Shown here: positions 10,154 to 19,718 of the stretch, in pieces
Numbering within the stretch: position 1 is the stretch's first letter
Layout: every line of letters begins with the position of its first letter
Assembly (NCBI GenBank): GCA_964369395.1
Contig: CAYJHX010000002.1
Coordinates: 1-27,263 of the forward strand
Reading direction: 5' to 3'
Length of the DNA stretch: 27,263 bases
Source: an uncultured Desulfovibrionaceae bacterium
Lineage (GTDB): Bacteria; Desulfobacterota; Desulfovibrionia; Desulfovibrionales; Desulfovibrionaceae
Position numbers and translations under genes: made by a program
Notes under the pieces: generated by a model
The model's database searches: none
Told to the model about the DNA's origin: nothing
Seen by the model: the letters and a program-made list of their open reading frames with translations, nothing else

Positions 10154-10274
10154 AAAGCCAAAAAATTTTAAAAGATTTTTTTCTTTATAAAATATTTCAT
10201 ATGGTTAAGGTTGTTTTTTTAATAGTATTCATGAAAAATACTTTCCAACTGTTTGTAAAGGGGTAAGTAGCTAA

Positions 10275-11654
10275 ATGAAAAATTTTTTTGATTCCGTGTT
10301 TAAAAGTTTAGAATGCTTTGGTGTTTTAATTGTAGATAATAAAGGCATCATTTTAGACGTTGGTGAAGAGTTTAATGATAGGTACGGTGTTGCTCCTCGA
10401 GAGCTGGTAGGAAAATCTGTTTACGATTTAGAAAAGCAAGGGGTATTTCGCCCCTCAGCATCTGCCATTGTTTTGAAAACCGGAAAAGAAGTGACGCTTA
10501 TTCAAGAACTGCAGCATGCGAACAGTGTCATCGTCACGGCCTTTCCTATTATGGATGGACAAGGGAATATAGAAAGGGTTGTGACTTTTACGCGTGATAG
10601 CGAATCGTTAGATGCACTTAAGCATACCTATGATACCTTACAAGAAAAAATTGAATGGTACGATAGAACGCTAGAAGAATTTTATTATGAAACTTCTGCT
10701 TTAGATGGTTTTCGTACGACCAACGGAACATTTAAGAAGGTTTTAAAGAATATTCAACGTGTGGCGCAATATGATGTAAGCATTCTTATTACCGGTGAAA
10801 CCGGTGTGGGAAAAACGCTTATTTCTAAAAAAATACATAAGTTGAGTGGGCATGCTCAAGGAAAATATGTAGATATAAATTGTGGTGCTATGCCGATGGA
10901 TTTGATTGAATCGGAGCTTTTTGGCTATGAAAAAGGAGCTTTTACCGGTGCTGATAGCAAAGGAAAACAGGGATTATTTGAAATAGCCCGCGGAGGAACA
11001 CTTTTTTTAGATGAAATTTCTGAACTTCCTCTTTCTGCACAAGTAAAACTTTTAAGTGTATTACAAAACAAAGAATTCAGGCGCATAGGTGGCCATGAAA
11101 ATTTAAAGATGGAATGTAGAATTATTTCAGCGACCAATAAAGATTTACATCAAGAAGTGCGCGCGGGGCGTTTTCGTCGCGATCTTTTATATAGACTCAA
11201 TACTATAGGACTTCGGATACCGCCATTACGCGAAAGGAAAGAAGATATTCTTTTTTTAAGTAAAGATATTTTAAAACAAATAAATAAACGCTATAGTTTA
11301 AATAAATACTTTGAAGGGCAAGTATTACAAATTTTTGAAGAATATTCTTGGGAGGGCAATGTACGAGAGCTTGAAAATACACTACTGCGTCTTGCTATAA
11401 CATCAGAGGGAAGGAAGATTTGTGTAAAAGATCTTCCTGAGCATATAGTTAAAGCCAGTTCTTTTTCAGAAACGTCTCTAGTAACACAAGAGTTTGATTC
11501 TATCACTGATTTGCAAAAAGCTCTTGATGTGTATGAAGCTTCCATTGTGCGATATGTATTTAAAAAACATAACTCCTCTATAAAATTAGCAAAAGCGCTC
11601 AATATCAGTCAAAGTACTGCGGCTCGCAAAATTCGTAAACATATGGGGGGCTAG
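10275..11654 (+). CDS. Sigma-54-dependent transcriptional activator (PAS-AAA+-TyrR-type HTH)
   Basis: Walker A GETGVGKT, ESELFGYEKGAFTGA, Walker B LFLDEI, FRRDLLYRL, WEGNVREL, C-terminal SSIKLAKALNISQST HTH. Confidence 0.95.
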   Translation: MKNFFDSVFKSLECFGVLIVDNKGIILDVGEEFNDRYGVAPRELVGKSVYDLEKQGVFRPSASAIVLKTGKEVTLIQELQHANSVIVTAFPIMDGQGNIERVVTFTRDSESLDALKHTYDTLQEKIEWYDRTLEEFYYETSALDGFRTTNGTFKKVLKNIQRVAQYDVSILITGETGVGKTLISKKIHKLSGHAQGKYVDINCGAMPMDLIESELFGYEKGAFTGADSKGKQGLFEIARGGTLFLDEISELPLSAQVKLLSVLQNKEFRRIGGHENLKMECRIISATNKDLHQEVRAGRFRRDLLYRLNTIGLRIPPLRERKEDILFLSKDILKQINKRYSLNKYFEGQVLQIFEEYSWEGNVRELENTLLRLAITSEGRKICVKDLPEHIVKASSFSETSLVTQEFDSITDLQKALDVYEASIVRYVFKKHNSSIKLAKALNISQSTAARKIRKHMGG

Positions 11655-11800
11655 TTATTTTTGACTATGTCGTAGTATAAGCAATGTGAAATTTTTTTCG
11701 ATACTGTACTAATAACTGTTTAAATTATTATGACTAATATATACATATTATGCAAAAATACGTATATATTCATATTTGACTATGTAGTTATGTGTGACTA
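11652..11800. promoter_or_regulatory. Candidate upstream activator sites, consensus TAKTYA-N4-TGACTA (three copies)
   Basis: TAGTTA-tttt-TGACTA (11652-11667), TATTCA-tatt-TGACTA (11767-11782), TAGTTA-tgtg-TGACTA (11785-11800), plus a lone TGACTA half-site at 11731-11736. Confidence 0.65.
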
Positions 11801-11971
11801 GCGTTTTCTTGTATTTTTATTAAATGTCTTCTTTTTCACAAGAAAATGTATTTTTCTTGAAAATGGTATATTGTATACTTTTTGTAGATATTTTGCATAA
11901 AAATGGGTTTATTTTTTACGAAATGCTACTAAGTAAAAAACAGAAAATTATAGATAAAAACACTAAAAAAC

Positions 11972-11989
11972 TTGGCATATCTCGTGCAA
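11972..11989 (+). promoter_or_regulatory. Sigma-54 (-24/-12) promoter of the amidohydrolase-BCCT operon
   Basis: TTGGCATATCTCGTGCAA: GG (11974-75), N10, GC (11986-87). It lies ~55 bp upstream of ATG 12044 and next to a GAFTGA-containing activator gene. Confidence 0.85.
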
Positions 11990-12043
11990 TATATGTATCA
12001 GCCACATATTGGCTGATATTTTTTTTGCAAGGAGAAAGCAGAT

Positions 12044-13684
12044 ATGAAAAAGATTTTTACGCATGGCACCATTTTATCCATGGTTGGTGATATGCAACCT
12101 GAAGCTGTGTATGTAGAAGGAAATTATATTAAGAAAGTGGGAACTTATGAACAATGCGTAGCAGCTGCAGAAAAAGACTATACTGTCATCGATTTGCAAG
12201 GAAAATGCATGACACCGGGTTTTGTAGATCCGCATACGCATCCCATGATGTTGGGTATGTGTAAAATTTGGGCTGACCTAAGTTATCCTAAGGTGGCAAG
12301 CATAGATGATCTTGTTACTACATTGCAAGAATATGCTAAAACTCTTGCCCCCGGCGAAGCTATTCAGGGCTATGGCTTTGACCAACGAAAATTTCCTGAG
12401 GGAAGACACCCCACAGCTACTGATTTAGATCGTGTTTCTACTACTGTTCCCGTGCAAATTATGCATACTAGCGGGCATTGTTATTGTGTGAATACTCTAC
12501 AGTTGCGCGCTGTGGGCGTAACTGATGATACACCTGATCCAGAAGGGGGGTCTTTTGGTCGCGATGCAGCAGGTAAGCCCAACGGTCCTATGTTTGATAG
12601 TGCCGGAGACTACTTATCTGGCGTTTATGGCGTTAAGCCTGGCAATCATGGGCCTAATATTCATATGCCAGACAGCCCTCAAAACCTTATGCGTCGTTTT
12701 GAAGTGGGGCAAGAATATTTTGTGAAAGCTGGCATTACTACGGTCAATGAAATTCAGCTAACAAAGCAAGAGCTAAATACGTATTTAAAAGCACGAGATG
12801 AGAAAAAACTCAAAATGCGTATTGAGATGTCCTTCCTTTCTAACTATTTAGATGAAGTAATTAACCTAGGTTTTAGTAGTGACTTTGGTGATGATTGGCT
12901 AACAATCGGCTCTATCAAATACTATTCTGATGCTTCTTTGTTGGCAGGCACTGCCAATGTAAGTGGGGGGTATCAAGACAGTGACCATAAAGGTTACAAT
13001 TATCATACTGTAGAAGAATTGAAAGAATTGCTTATCAAAGCGCATAAAAATGGTTTGCATACTGCCACGCATGCGCAAGGAGATTTAGCCATTGAACCTG
13101 TGCTTGAAGCCATAGCTCAAGCACAAAAAGAATGCCCACGTCCTGATGCCATTCATCGCATTGAGCATTGCGGCTTGCCCACCGAAGAGCAAGTAAAACG
13201 CATGGGTGAGCTTGGTATATATCCTGTGCCGCAACCAGAGATGAACTATTTATATGGTGATGGTGTGTTAAAGGCTATTGGTGTGGAAAAGGCAGAAAAT
13301 TACAGTCCCATGGGATGGTACAAAAAGCATAATGCTCCTTTAGTGTTGTCTTCTGACGCTCCGGTAACGACGCCCAATCCTATGGAAGCCATTCATGCTT
13401 GCGTTACTCGTAAAACTATTCACGGCACTATTCTTGGAAAACATCAAGCCATTACGGTGGAAGATGCTCTTAAGGCGTATACCATTACGGCGGCAAAATC
13501 TGTGCGTCGCGCACATAGGCTGGGATCCATCGAAGAAGGCAAATTGGCCGATTTTGTCATATTGGACCGTAATCCCTTATCGTTAAAAGAAGATGAACTT
13601 GACGCCTTACGCGATATAGTCGTTGTGGAAACATGGCTTGATGGCGAAAAAATTTATACACGCGGAGAAGGCAATGAAGAATAA
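12044..13684 (+). CDS. Metal-dependent amidohydrolase, Amidohydro_3 / YtcJ-like
   Basis: DLQGKCMTPGFVDPHTH (HxH), SGH, IKYYSD, HAQGD, RIEH, LSSD, GSIEEGKLADFVILD. RBS GGAG. Confidence 0.93.
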   Translation: MKKIFTHGTILSMVGDMQPEAVYVEGNYIKKVGTYEQCVAAAEKDYTVIDLQGKCMTPGFVDPHTHPMMLGMCKIWADLSYPKVASIDDLVTTLQEYAKTLAPGEAIQGYGFDQRKFPEGRHPTATDLDRVSTTVPVQIMHTSGHCYCVNTLQLRAVGVTDDTPDPEGGSFGRDAAGKPNGPMFDSAGDYLSGVYGVKPGNHGPNIHMPDSPQNLMRRFEVGQEYFVKAGITTVNEIQLTKQELNTYLKARDEKKLKMRIEMSFLSNYLDEVINLGFSSDFGDDWLTIGSIKYYSDASLLAGTANVSGGYQDSDHKGYNYHTVEELKELLIKAHKNGLHTATHAQGDLAIEPVLEAIAQAQKECPRPDAIHRIEHCGLPTEEQVKRMGELGIYPVPQPEMNYLYGDGVLKAIGVEKAENYSPMGWYKKHNAPLVLSSDAPVTTPNPMEAIHACVTRKTIHGTILGKHQAITVEDALKAYTITAAKSVRRAHRLGSIEEGKLADFVILDRNPLSLKEDELDALRDIVVVETWLDGEKIYTRGEGNEE

Positions 13685-15185
13685 AAATATTGATATTTCC
13701 CTCATGGTTGTAAGCCTTGGTCTTATTCTTCTGACGGTGGCTTATTTGGCACTGTATCCTGAGCAGGGAACAAAATTTATTGGAGCCATGTTTGCCTTTG
13801 TTACAAAGGTATTGGGCAATTTCATGCTTTGGTTTGGCTTTTTGACCTTTATTTATTGTTGTTACATGGCATTCAGTAAATATGGTAATATTAAGCTTGG
13901 AGATGCCAGCGATAAACCGGAATTTACCTTATTTCAATATTTGGCCATGATGATTTGTGCCGGACTTGGCTCGGCAAGTGTTATCTGGTCTTTTGTAGAG
14001 TGGGGATATTATTATGCTACTCCAGCTCAAAATATAGCCCCGTCCAGTGTTATGGCAGCAGAATGGGCCACCGCGTATAACCTTTTCCACTGGGGATTTA
14101 GTCCTTGGGCTATGTTCGTTATCTTAGCTATACCTGTGGCTTATGCTTTTCATGTGAAAAAAATTCGTTCTTTAAAATTTAGCGTCATTTGTGCAGAAAT
14201 GATGGGTAATAAGCCGTATACCAAGGTTATTTGTCGCTGTATCGACTTTTTCTTTGTTTTTTGTGTGGTAGGTGGTTTAAGTGTGACTTTGGGCTTGGGC
14301 ATTCCCATTATTTCGGGTGGGGTAGCTAAAATATTTGGCTTTAAACCCAGTTTTACACTTAATGTCTTGGTAACTTTAGGTATAGCAACTATTTTTACCA
14401 TTAGCTCTTATATTGGCATTGAAAAGGGTATGAAAAAACTTAGCGAAATTAATGTATATATTGCCGCTATCTTTATTTTTACCATTTTATTCACAGGGCC
14501 AACACAATTTATTTTAACAAATATTACTAATGCCTTGGGTATTATGTTCCAAAACTATATTATGATAAGTTTGTGGACAGATCCTATTCATAAAAGTGGT
14601 TTTCCTGAATCATGGACCATTTTCTTCTATGCCTTTGGCATAACATACGCCACACTTATGGCCTTGTTTATTACCAAGGTGTCTAAAGGAAGAACCATGC
14701 GTCAAATGATTTGCAGCGTCATGTTTGGCGGAGCGACGGGGTGTTTTATTCTGTTTGGCATCAATGGTAGCTTTACTCTTGATATGCAGTTGACTAAACA
14801 ATTGGATGTAGTAGCCATTTTATTTGATAAAGGTAATGCAGAGGCTATTTTTGCAATTTTACAACAGTCCGGTTTAGGATTGATTGGTATCATTACCTTT
14901 GTGGTGGCTGTGGTTTTGTTTTTGGCTACATCTTTAGATTCTGCGGCCTATTCACTTTCAGCTAGCTCTACAAAAGAGTTGGAAAGCGATGCAAATACAC
15001 CTCCTATGTTACGTTTGTTTTGGTGTATTGCTTTGGCGCTTATTCCGTTGTGCATGAACTTTATAGGAGCTTCACTAAGTACCTTACAAACGCTCACCAT
15101 TGTGACATCCGTACCCTTCATTTTCGTTATTCTTGGCATGACCAAAGGCTTATTTACTTGGTTAAAAGAAGCAGAGAAACAATAA
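13674..15185 (+). CDS. BCCT (betaine/carnitine/choline transporter) family protein
   Basis: SKYGNIKLG, MICAGLG, FHWGFSPW, GIEKGMKKLS, KVSKGRT, TSLDS, about 12 TM helices. Start reassigned to ATG 13674 (RBS GGAG), overlapping the amidohydrolase stop. Confidence 0.93.
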   Translation: MKNKNIDISLMVVSLGLILLTVAYLALYPEQGTKFIGAMFAFVTKVLGNFMLWFGFLTFIYCCYMAFSKYGNIKLGDASDKPEFTLFQYLAMMICAGLGSASVIWSFVEWGYYYATPAQNIAPSSVMAAEWATAYNLFHWGFSPWAMFVILAIPVAYAFHVKKIRSLKFSVICAEMMGNKPYTKVICRCIDFFFVFCVVGGLSVTLGLGIPIISGGVAKIFGFKPSFTLNVLVTLGIATIFTISSYIGIEKGMKKLSEINVYIAAIFIFTILFTGPTQFILTNITNALGIMFQNYIMISLWTDPIHKSGFPESWTIFFYAFGITYATLMALFITKVSKGRTMRQMICSVMFGGATGCFILFGINGSFTLDMQLTKQLDVVAILFDKGNAEAIFAILQQSGLGLIGIITFVVAVVLFLATSLDSAAYSLSASSTKELESDANTPPMLRLFWCIALALIPLCMNFIGASLSTLQTLTIVTSVPFIFVILGMTKGLFTWLKEAEKQ

Positions 15186-15213
15186 GGAATTTCTGCACAA
15201 TTTTCTGGATTGT

Positions 15214-15254
15214 AAAAAATGAGCCCCTGCATAATTCACAGTGCAGGGGCTCAT
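15214..15254. terminator. Terminator between convergent BCCT and hybrid kinase genes
   Basis: Perfect 13-bp stem ATGAGCCCCTGCA / TGCAGGGGCTCAT with an A-tract on its left, which gives a U-tract for the minus-strand transcript. Confidence 0.8.
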
Positions 15255-15366
15255 GAAGTATTGTCGCTAGTTTTAAAATATAGATTGTTTCATTATCTGC
15301 TGTTTTTTGAGTTTCCTTGCAATGAATCAAGTTTATAACAAAATTTATTGTAATGTTTAGTATCGG

Positions 15367-17073
15367 CTATTTTTTATTTTCTACATTACCAATCCAAGTA
15401 TCAAGAGTTTTAAAAAGGATGTTAGGTGAAATGGGTTTTGCTATATGCTCATTCATGCCGTGTTGAAAACTTTTCTCTCTATCTTCAAGCATGGCATTAG
15501 CGGAAAGAGCTATAATAGGTAAATGCCTAAACTGCTCATCCTTTCTAATTTTTTGCGTTGCCATTAATCCATCTAAGACAGGCATTTGTATATCCATAAG
15601 CACAAGGTCATAGTTTTTTTGGTAAATCATATCAACGGCTTCTTGTCCATTGTTTGCCACATCAACAAAATACCCTTTTTGCTTTAATAGTTCTGTCGCA
15701 ACAAGTTGATTGATTTGATTATCTTCAGCAAGTAAAATATAACCTTCTTTTGGGGTATACTCTATCACTTCTTCTTGTGGCTCAATATTTTCACTACTAC
15801 CTTCAGCAAAAGCTATGCTAAAGCAAAATGCAGACCCTTTACCAAGCTCACTTTCTATCCAAACTTGTCCCCCCATGAGTTCGACCAATTGTTTACTGAT
15901 AGCAAGGCCAAGGCCTGTGCCTCCGTATTTTCTCGTTACAGAGCTGTCAACTTGAGTGAAAGCGGAAAAAAGTTTTTTCTGCTGTTCATCACTGAGCCCA
16001 ATGCCTGTGTCCTTTACAGAAAAGCGCAGATACGTTTTGCCTTCAGCTTCTTTGATTTTTTCAATGATGACGCCCACACTTCCTTTATCTGTAAACTTAA
16101 TGGCATTATTGACAAGGTTAAGTAGGATTTGCTTTAGGCGTAAGGGGTCTCCTGCAAGTGTTAAATCTGCCAAGTCATTGTGGTTTACAAAGAATTGTAA
16201 TCCTTTTTCTTCCGCTTTATGTACGGTAAGAACTTCTACTTTATCTATTACGTCATTGAGTGTAAAAACAATATTTTCGATTTCAAGCTTTTCTGTCTCA
16301 ATTTTTGAAAAATCCAAAATATCATTAATAATATAAATAAGATCTTCTGATGCTTTGAGGGATTTTTCGATATAGTTTTTTTGTAAAGGCTGTAATTGCG
16401 TTTGCAAAACTAAATGCAACAAACCTGAGATACCATTCAAAGGCGTGCGTATTTCATGACTCATATTGGCTAAGAATTGGCTTTTTGTTGTATTAGCATT
16501 TTCAGCCGCTTCTTTTGCTTGTATAACTTCGGTATTGTCATAAAAGTATACTGCATGTCCCTCAGAAACATTTTTTTTATCTAATATGGGAATAATAGAA
16601 ATTTCATAAATACGTTCATCAGTATGCGCGGGAAAAACGATACGTTCAACTATATTTTTGGGTATGCCTGTATATTGTACCGATTTAAATGTATTTTCTA
16701 ATCTTTGAAAGATTGTTGGCGAAAGAACATCTGCAAAAATTTCTTTCACACTTTTTCCTTTTATAAGGTACAATTCCATAATACAAGAAATGGAAAGAAA
16801 CTTTTTGGTACAATAAACAAGTGAGTGGGTTTTATCAAAAATTAAAATATTGGATGGGCTATTATCCAGCAATAAATTGAGATACTTTTCTAATTCAGAT
16901 TGCTGAGTAGTGAGCATTTTATTGACATTTTCTGTGCTTGTAATAGCAAGCTTAACACGTTTCATGAGGTTTTCAACTTCACGTGTTTTTCGCTTTAATA
17001 ACTTATTTTCCTTTAATAATCTGGCATTTTCTTCTAAAACCAATGAGTAATCTTCTTTTTCTTGCTTAATCAT
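15367..17073 (-). CDS. Soluble hybrid sensor histidine kinase (coiled coil-PAS-HisKA-HATPase-REC)
   Basis: H-box [16 protein letters not shown]-box [11 protein letters not shown] boxes DTGIG and GGTGLGL, REC with [17 protein letters not shown]. No TM segment. Confidence 0.95.
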   Translation of the reverse strand: MIKQEKEDYSLVLEENARLLKENKLLKRKTREVENLMKRVKLAITSTENVNKMLTTQQSELEKYLNLLLDNSPSNILIFDKTHSLVYCTKKFLSISCIMELYLIKGKSVKEIFADVLSPTIFQRLENTFKSVQYTGIPKNIVERIVFPAHTDERIYEISIIPILDKKNVSEGHAVYFYDNTEVIQAKEAAENANTTKSQFLANMSHEIRTPLNGISGLLHLVLQTQLQPLQKNYIEKSLKASEDLIYIINDILDFSKIETEKLEIENIVFTLNDVIDKVEVLTVHKAEEKGLQFFVNHNDLADLTLAGDPLRLKQILLNLVNNAIKFTDKGSVGVIIEKIKEAEGKTYLRFSVKDTGIGLSDEQQKKLFSAFTQVDSSVTRKYGGTGLGLAISKQLVELMGGQVWIESELGKGSAFCFSIAFAEGSSENIEPQEEVIEYTPKEGYILLAEDNQINQLVATELLKQKGYFVDVANNGQEAVDMIYQKNYDLVLMDIQMPVLDGLMATQKIRKDEQFRHLPIIALSANAMLEDREKSFQHGMNEHIAKPISPNILFKTLDTWIGNVENKK

Positions 17074-17133
17074 AATAAAACCGACTTAAAGCTTTTTCCG
17101 CTTGAAAATGTTAAAAGGCTGCTATAGGTTAAT

Positions 17134-18294
17134 TTATAGTACACAGATTATAAAAGTAAAATTATGAAAGCGATTTATAGTGTTATTTTCCTTATCTTGT
17201 ACAGGACAAATTTCTCCCGCTGAATAAGCACTATGAAATGGCACCTTATCACCAATTTTTTCTTGTATGACATTACTTTCAAGCAAGTAGTCTAAGCCAA
17301 GTATGGCTAAGCGTCCAAAACAAGAGAAAATAATTATTCCATTTATATTTTCTAGTTTAGTTACTTTATCTATGGCTTGCTCTGCTACAAGGCGAACATC
17401 GTCTTTATTCAAACTACCAATCATGAGTTTGCAGCCTTGTGGAACACTTCCGCCGCAAACAATATGGCGATCTTCAGTTGCCAGCAAAGCGGCACGACTG
17501 ATAAGTGGGCTACCGTCGTTGTAATCCGCCATGAGTGGGGTGCTGAAAAAACCTTCAACAGTATTATTGTTAAGTATATTAATGGATGACAAATAGTCAA
17601 GTGCAGGCATTGCATTAATTTCTTTTATGACATTGCCTTCTGATGCTGTGACAACAAAATCGTGTGAAGACACATTTTCTTCTATAAGGGAAGAGAAAAT
17701 AAATCGCGGGTTGATATTTCCACTGATAACGAGCATAGAAAATTGCTTAGATAGGTACGCCCCATTATACAACGCAAAAGAATTTTCATAAGTCACTACG
17801 TCTTCGGGGCACGCATTCGAACCAAAAATGGGCACACTCTCAAAAAAATTTGATACTTCAGCAATGATATCTTCACTATTATTAGCTATATGCATGGGGG
17901 CAAAAAACAAAATGAGTTTTGCCTCGGTATCAAGGGTGGACAAAACCTCATTGCAGGCTTTTGCTGCCATTTCTTGTGTGTTTGTTTCATTCCAAACATC
18001 GCTACACACCGTCGTAAATTGACAATCATCAGCAGTGAGTACAGATACACATAAAAGGGTGCTTCCAGACTCTACATTGATGGCATTATTCAGCGTGGTC
18101 ATTCCTACCACTGGGAAAGGCAATGCAGTACATATTTCCTTTGCTGTATCCGTTTCAATAAAATCGTATGAGCAGGTGATAAAAGCCGCAGAATTTGCTA
18201 AAAGCTGATTATCTAAATCTAATTGCTCAAGTATTTCTTCAATGGCAGCTTGGGCATCATCAACTTCAAAAGTGTAGGCATTAAGCATTTTCAT
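17134..18294 (-). CDS. Stand-alone FIST_N/FIST_C domain sensor protein
   Basis: PVVGMTT, PIFG, VTASEGNVIKEINAMPA, FSCFGR, YSAGEICP, FHNFT motifs typical of FIST proteins. Confidence 0.88.
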   Translation of the reverse strand: MKMLNAYTFEVDDAQAAIEEILEQLDLDNQLLANSAAFITCSYDFIETDTAKEICTALPFPVVGMTTLNNAINVESGSTLLCVSVLTADDCQFTTVCSDVWNETNTQEMAAKACNEVLSTLDTEAKLILFFAPMHIANNSEDIIAEVSNFFESVPIFGSNACPEDVVTYENSFALYNGAYLSKQFSMLVISGNINPRFIFSSLIEENVSSHDFVVTASEGNVIKEINAMPALDYLSSINILNNNTVEGFFSTPLMADYNDGSPLISRAALLATEDRHIVCGGSVPQGCKLMIGSLNKDDVRLVAEQAIDKVTKLENINGIIIFSCFGRLAILGLDYLLESNVIQEKIGDKVPFHSAYSAGEICPVQDKENNTINRFHNFTFIICVL

Positions 18295-18412
18295 GGTAGT
18301 ATCCTTACATTGCTAGAAAACTTTAAAACTTTTTCACATACGGTATTAGATACTGTATAAGGGAAATTTGCAAGGTTTTTTTAAAGCGAGTGCTTACAGT
18401 TAAATAGCGTTC

Positions 18413-18517
18413 TGCCGCACGACACACGACGGTTTACCATAAGGCAGCCACGGTTGAGTGCGTGCCGCACGACACATGTTTATATGCCGCTTGTGTTGTA
18501 CGTCCTATACGACACAA
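18413..18517. repeat. Direct repeat TGCCGCACGACACA (x2) plus a third ACGACACA core inside a hairpin
   Basis: Exact 14-mers at 18413-18426 and 18463-18476. ACGACACA recurs at 18509-18516 and pairs with TTGTGTTGTA at 18491-18500. Confidence 0.75.
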
Positions 18518-18799
18518 ACTATCGCAAGCTTCACCTAAAGGTACAAGCGCCTGTGGCGGAAGTAAATCCGCCTTTCCTTTGGCTTGCTTCCCTGCGGGGC
18601 TTGCTATATTCTGTAACAGACGCCTTTTCCAAGCATCTGTTACTAAAGCAGAGTATCTACAGTTCGCTCAAAATGGGTAAGGTACGAGAAGGGCGAAGTT
18701 TTTTACGTAGGAAGTGTATATAAACATACATGACGGAGTAAAAAACAAGCCTGTCGAAGTAAATTGTCCATTTTTAGAGAGCTATTTTTTACTAGTTTA

Positions 18800-19684
18800 T
18801 TATATCCAAGACTTATTGGAAAGTGTAGCCAGCCCCTGAATAAGCGCTTGACTCCCTTCTCTACCATAACCTTGATTTTTGAGCACAGTGTAGGCTTGCT
18901 CAGCCAATATGAGGCCAGGAAGGGTAATGTGCATTCTTTTGCACTCTTCAAGGCATAAAGCCAAATCTTTACAAAAATGCTCGATGAAAAAACCAGGGCT
19001 TAAGTCTTTGTCTACAAGGCGTTTGCCAAGGGTGTTCATGGCGACGCTTCCGCCACCACCAAGAACTACAGCTTGTCGCCATTGCTCAATATCAAGGCCA
19101 CACTCTCTGGCAAAAAGCAAAGATTCGCACACGGAAATAGTCGCACCGGCCACGGCTATTTGGTTGGCCAATTTGGCTTTTTGCCCCATACCGGCAGGGC
19201 CGCAATGAAGAACGGTTTTTCCCATTTTTTCAAGACAAGGCGCAAGAGTGCTAAAAGCTTGAGCGTGGGTACCTACGAAAATGGAGAGAGTAGCATTTTT
19301 TGCGCCTACATCGCCGCCGGTAACAGGAGCATCGGCGGCAAAACATCCTTCGTTTTCGGCGGCCACAGCAATGCGTTCTGCAAGGGCAGGGCAAGAGGTA
19401 GTCATGTCACACACAATGCCACCGGGCTTTAGGCCTTGCAAAATTCCTTTTTCTCCAAGAGTGACTTCTTCCACATCTTGCGGATAACCAACGATACTAA
19501 AAACTATATCTGATTTTTCGGCTACTTCTTTAGGGCTGCTGGCCCATTGAGCACCAATATCTAGCAAACTTGCAGATTTTTCCTTGGTGCGGCTATAGAC
19601 AGTAAGTTCATGGCCTGCATTGCGTAAATGCGTAGCCATGGCAAGGCCCATAATTCCTGTTCCAACCCAACCTATTTTTTTCAT
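18800..19684 (-). CDS. NAD(P)-dependent beta-hydroxyacid dehydrogenase (3-hydroxyisobutyrate dehydrogenase / tartronate semialdehyde reductase family)
   Basis: IGWVGTGIMG, DMTT, DAPVTGG, catalytic KLANQ, KDL. RBS GGAGG. Confidence 0.93.
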   Translation of the reverse strand: MKKIGWVGTGIMGLAMATHLRNAGHELTVYSRTKEKSASLLDIGAQWASSPKEVAEKSDIVFSIVGYPQDVEEVTLGEKGILQGLKPGGIVCDMTTSCPALAERIAVAAENEGCFAADAPVTGGDVGAKNATLSIFVGTHAQAFSTLAPCLEKMGKTVLHCGPAGMGQKAKLANQIAVAGATISVCESLLFARECGLDIEQWRQAVVLGGGGSVAMNTLGKRLVDKDLSPGFFIEHFCKDLALCLEECKRMHITLPGLILAEQAYTVLKNQGYGREGSQALIQGLATLSNKSWI

Positions 19685-19718
19685 ATATCCTCCAATCTTA
19701 TGCTGTTTGATGTATAAT

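Noticed and set aside
11824..12090. 88-aa ORF upstream of the amidohydrolase
   Set aside because: AT-rich F/K/I-biased translation running across the sigma-54 promoter, so it is likely spurious.
18413..18545. c-di-GMP-I riboswitch or mini-CRISPR in the intergenic repeat region
   Set aside because: Only fragments resemble the riboswitch (CGCAAGCT…CCTAA, GGCAGCC), in the wrong order and without the GGCAAAC/GAAA stem. The repeat is just 14 bp in two copies.
18454..18958. Short ORFs of 64-89 aa in the FIST/dehydrogenase gap
   Set aside because: No RBS or recognisable domain, they overlap each other and the dehydrogenase 3' end, and they run through hairpins.
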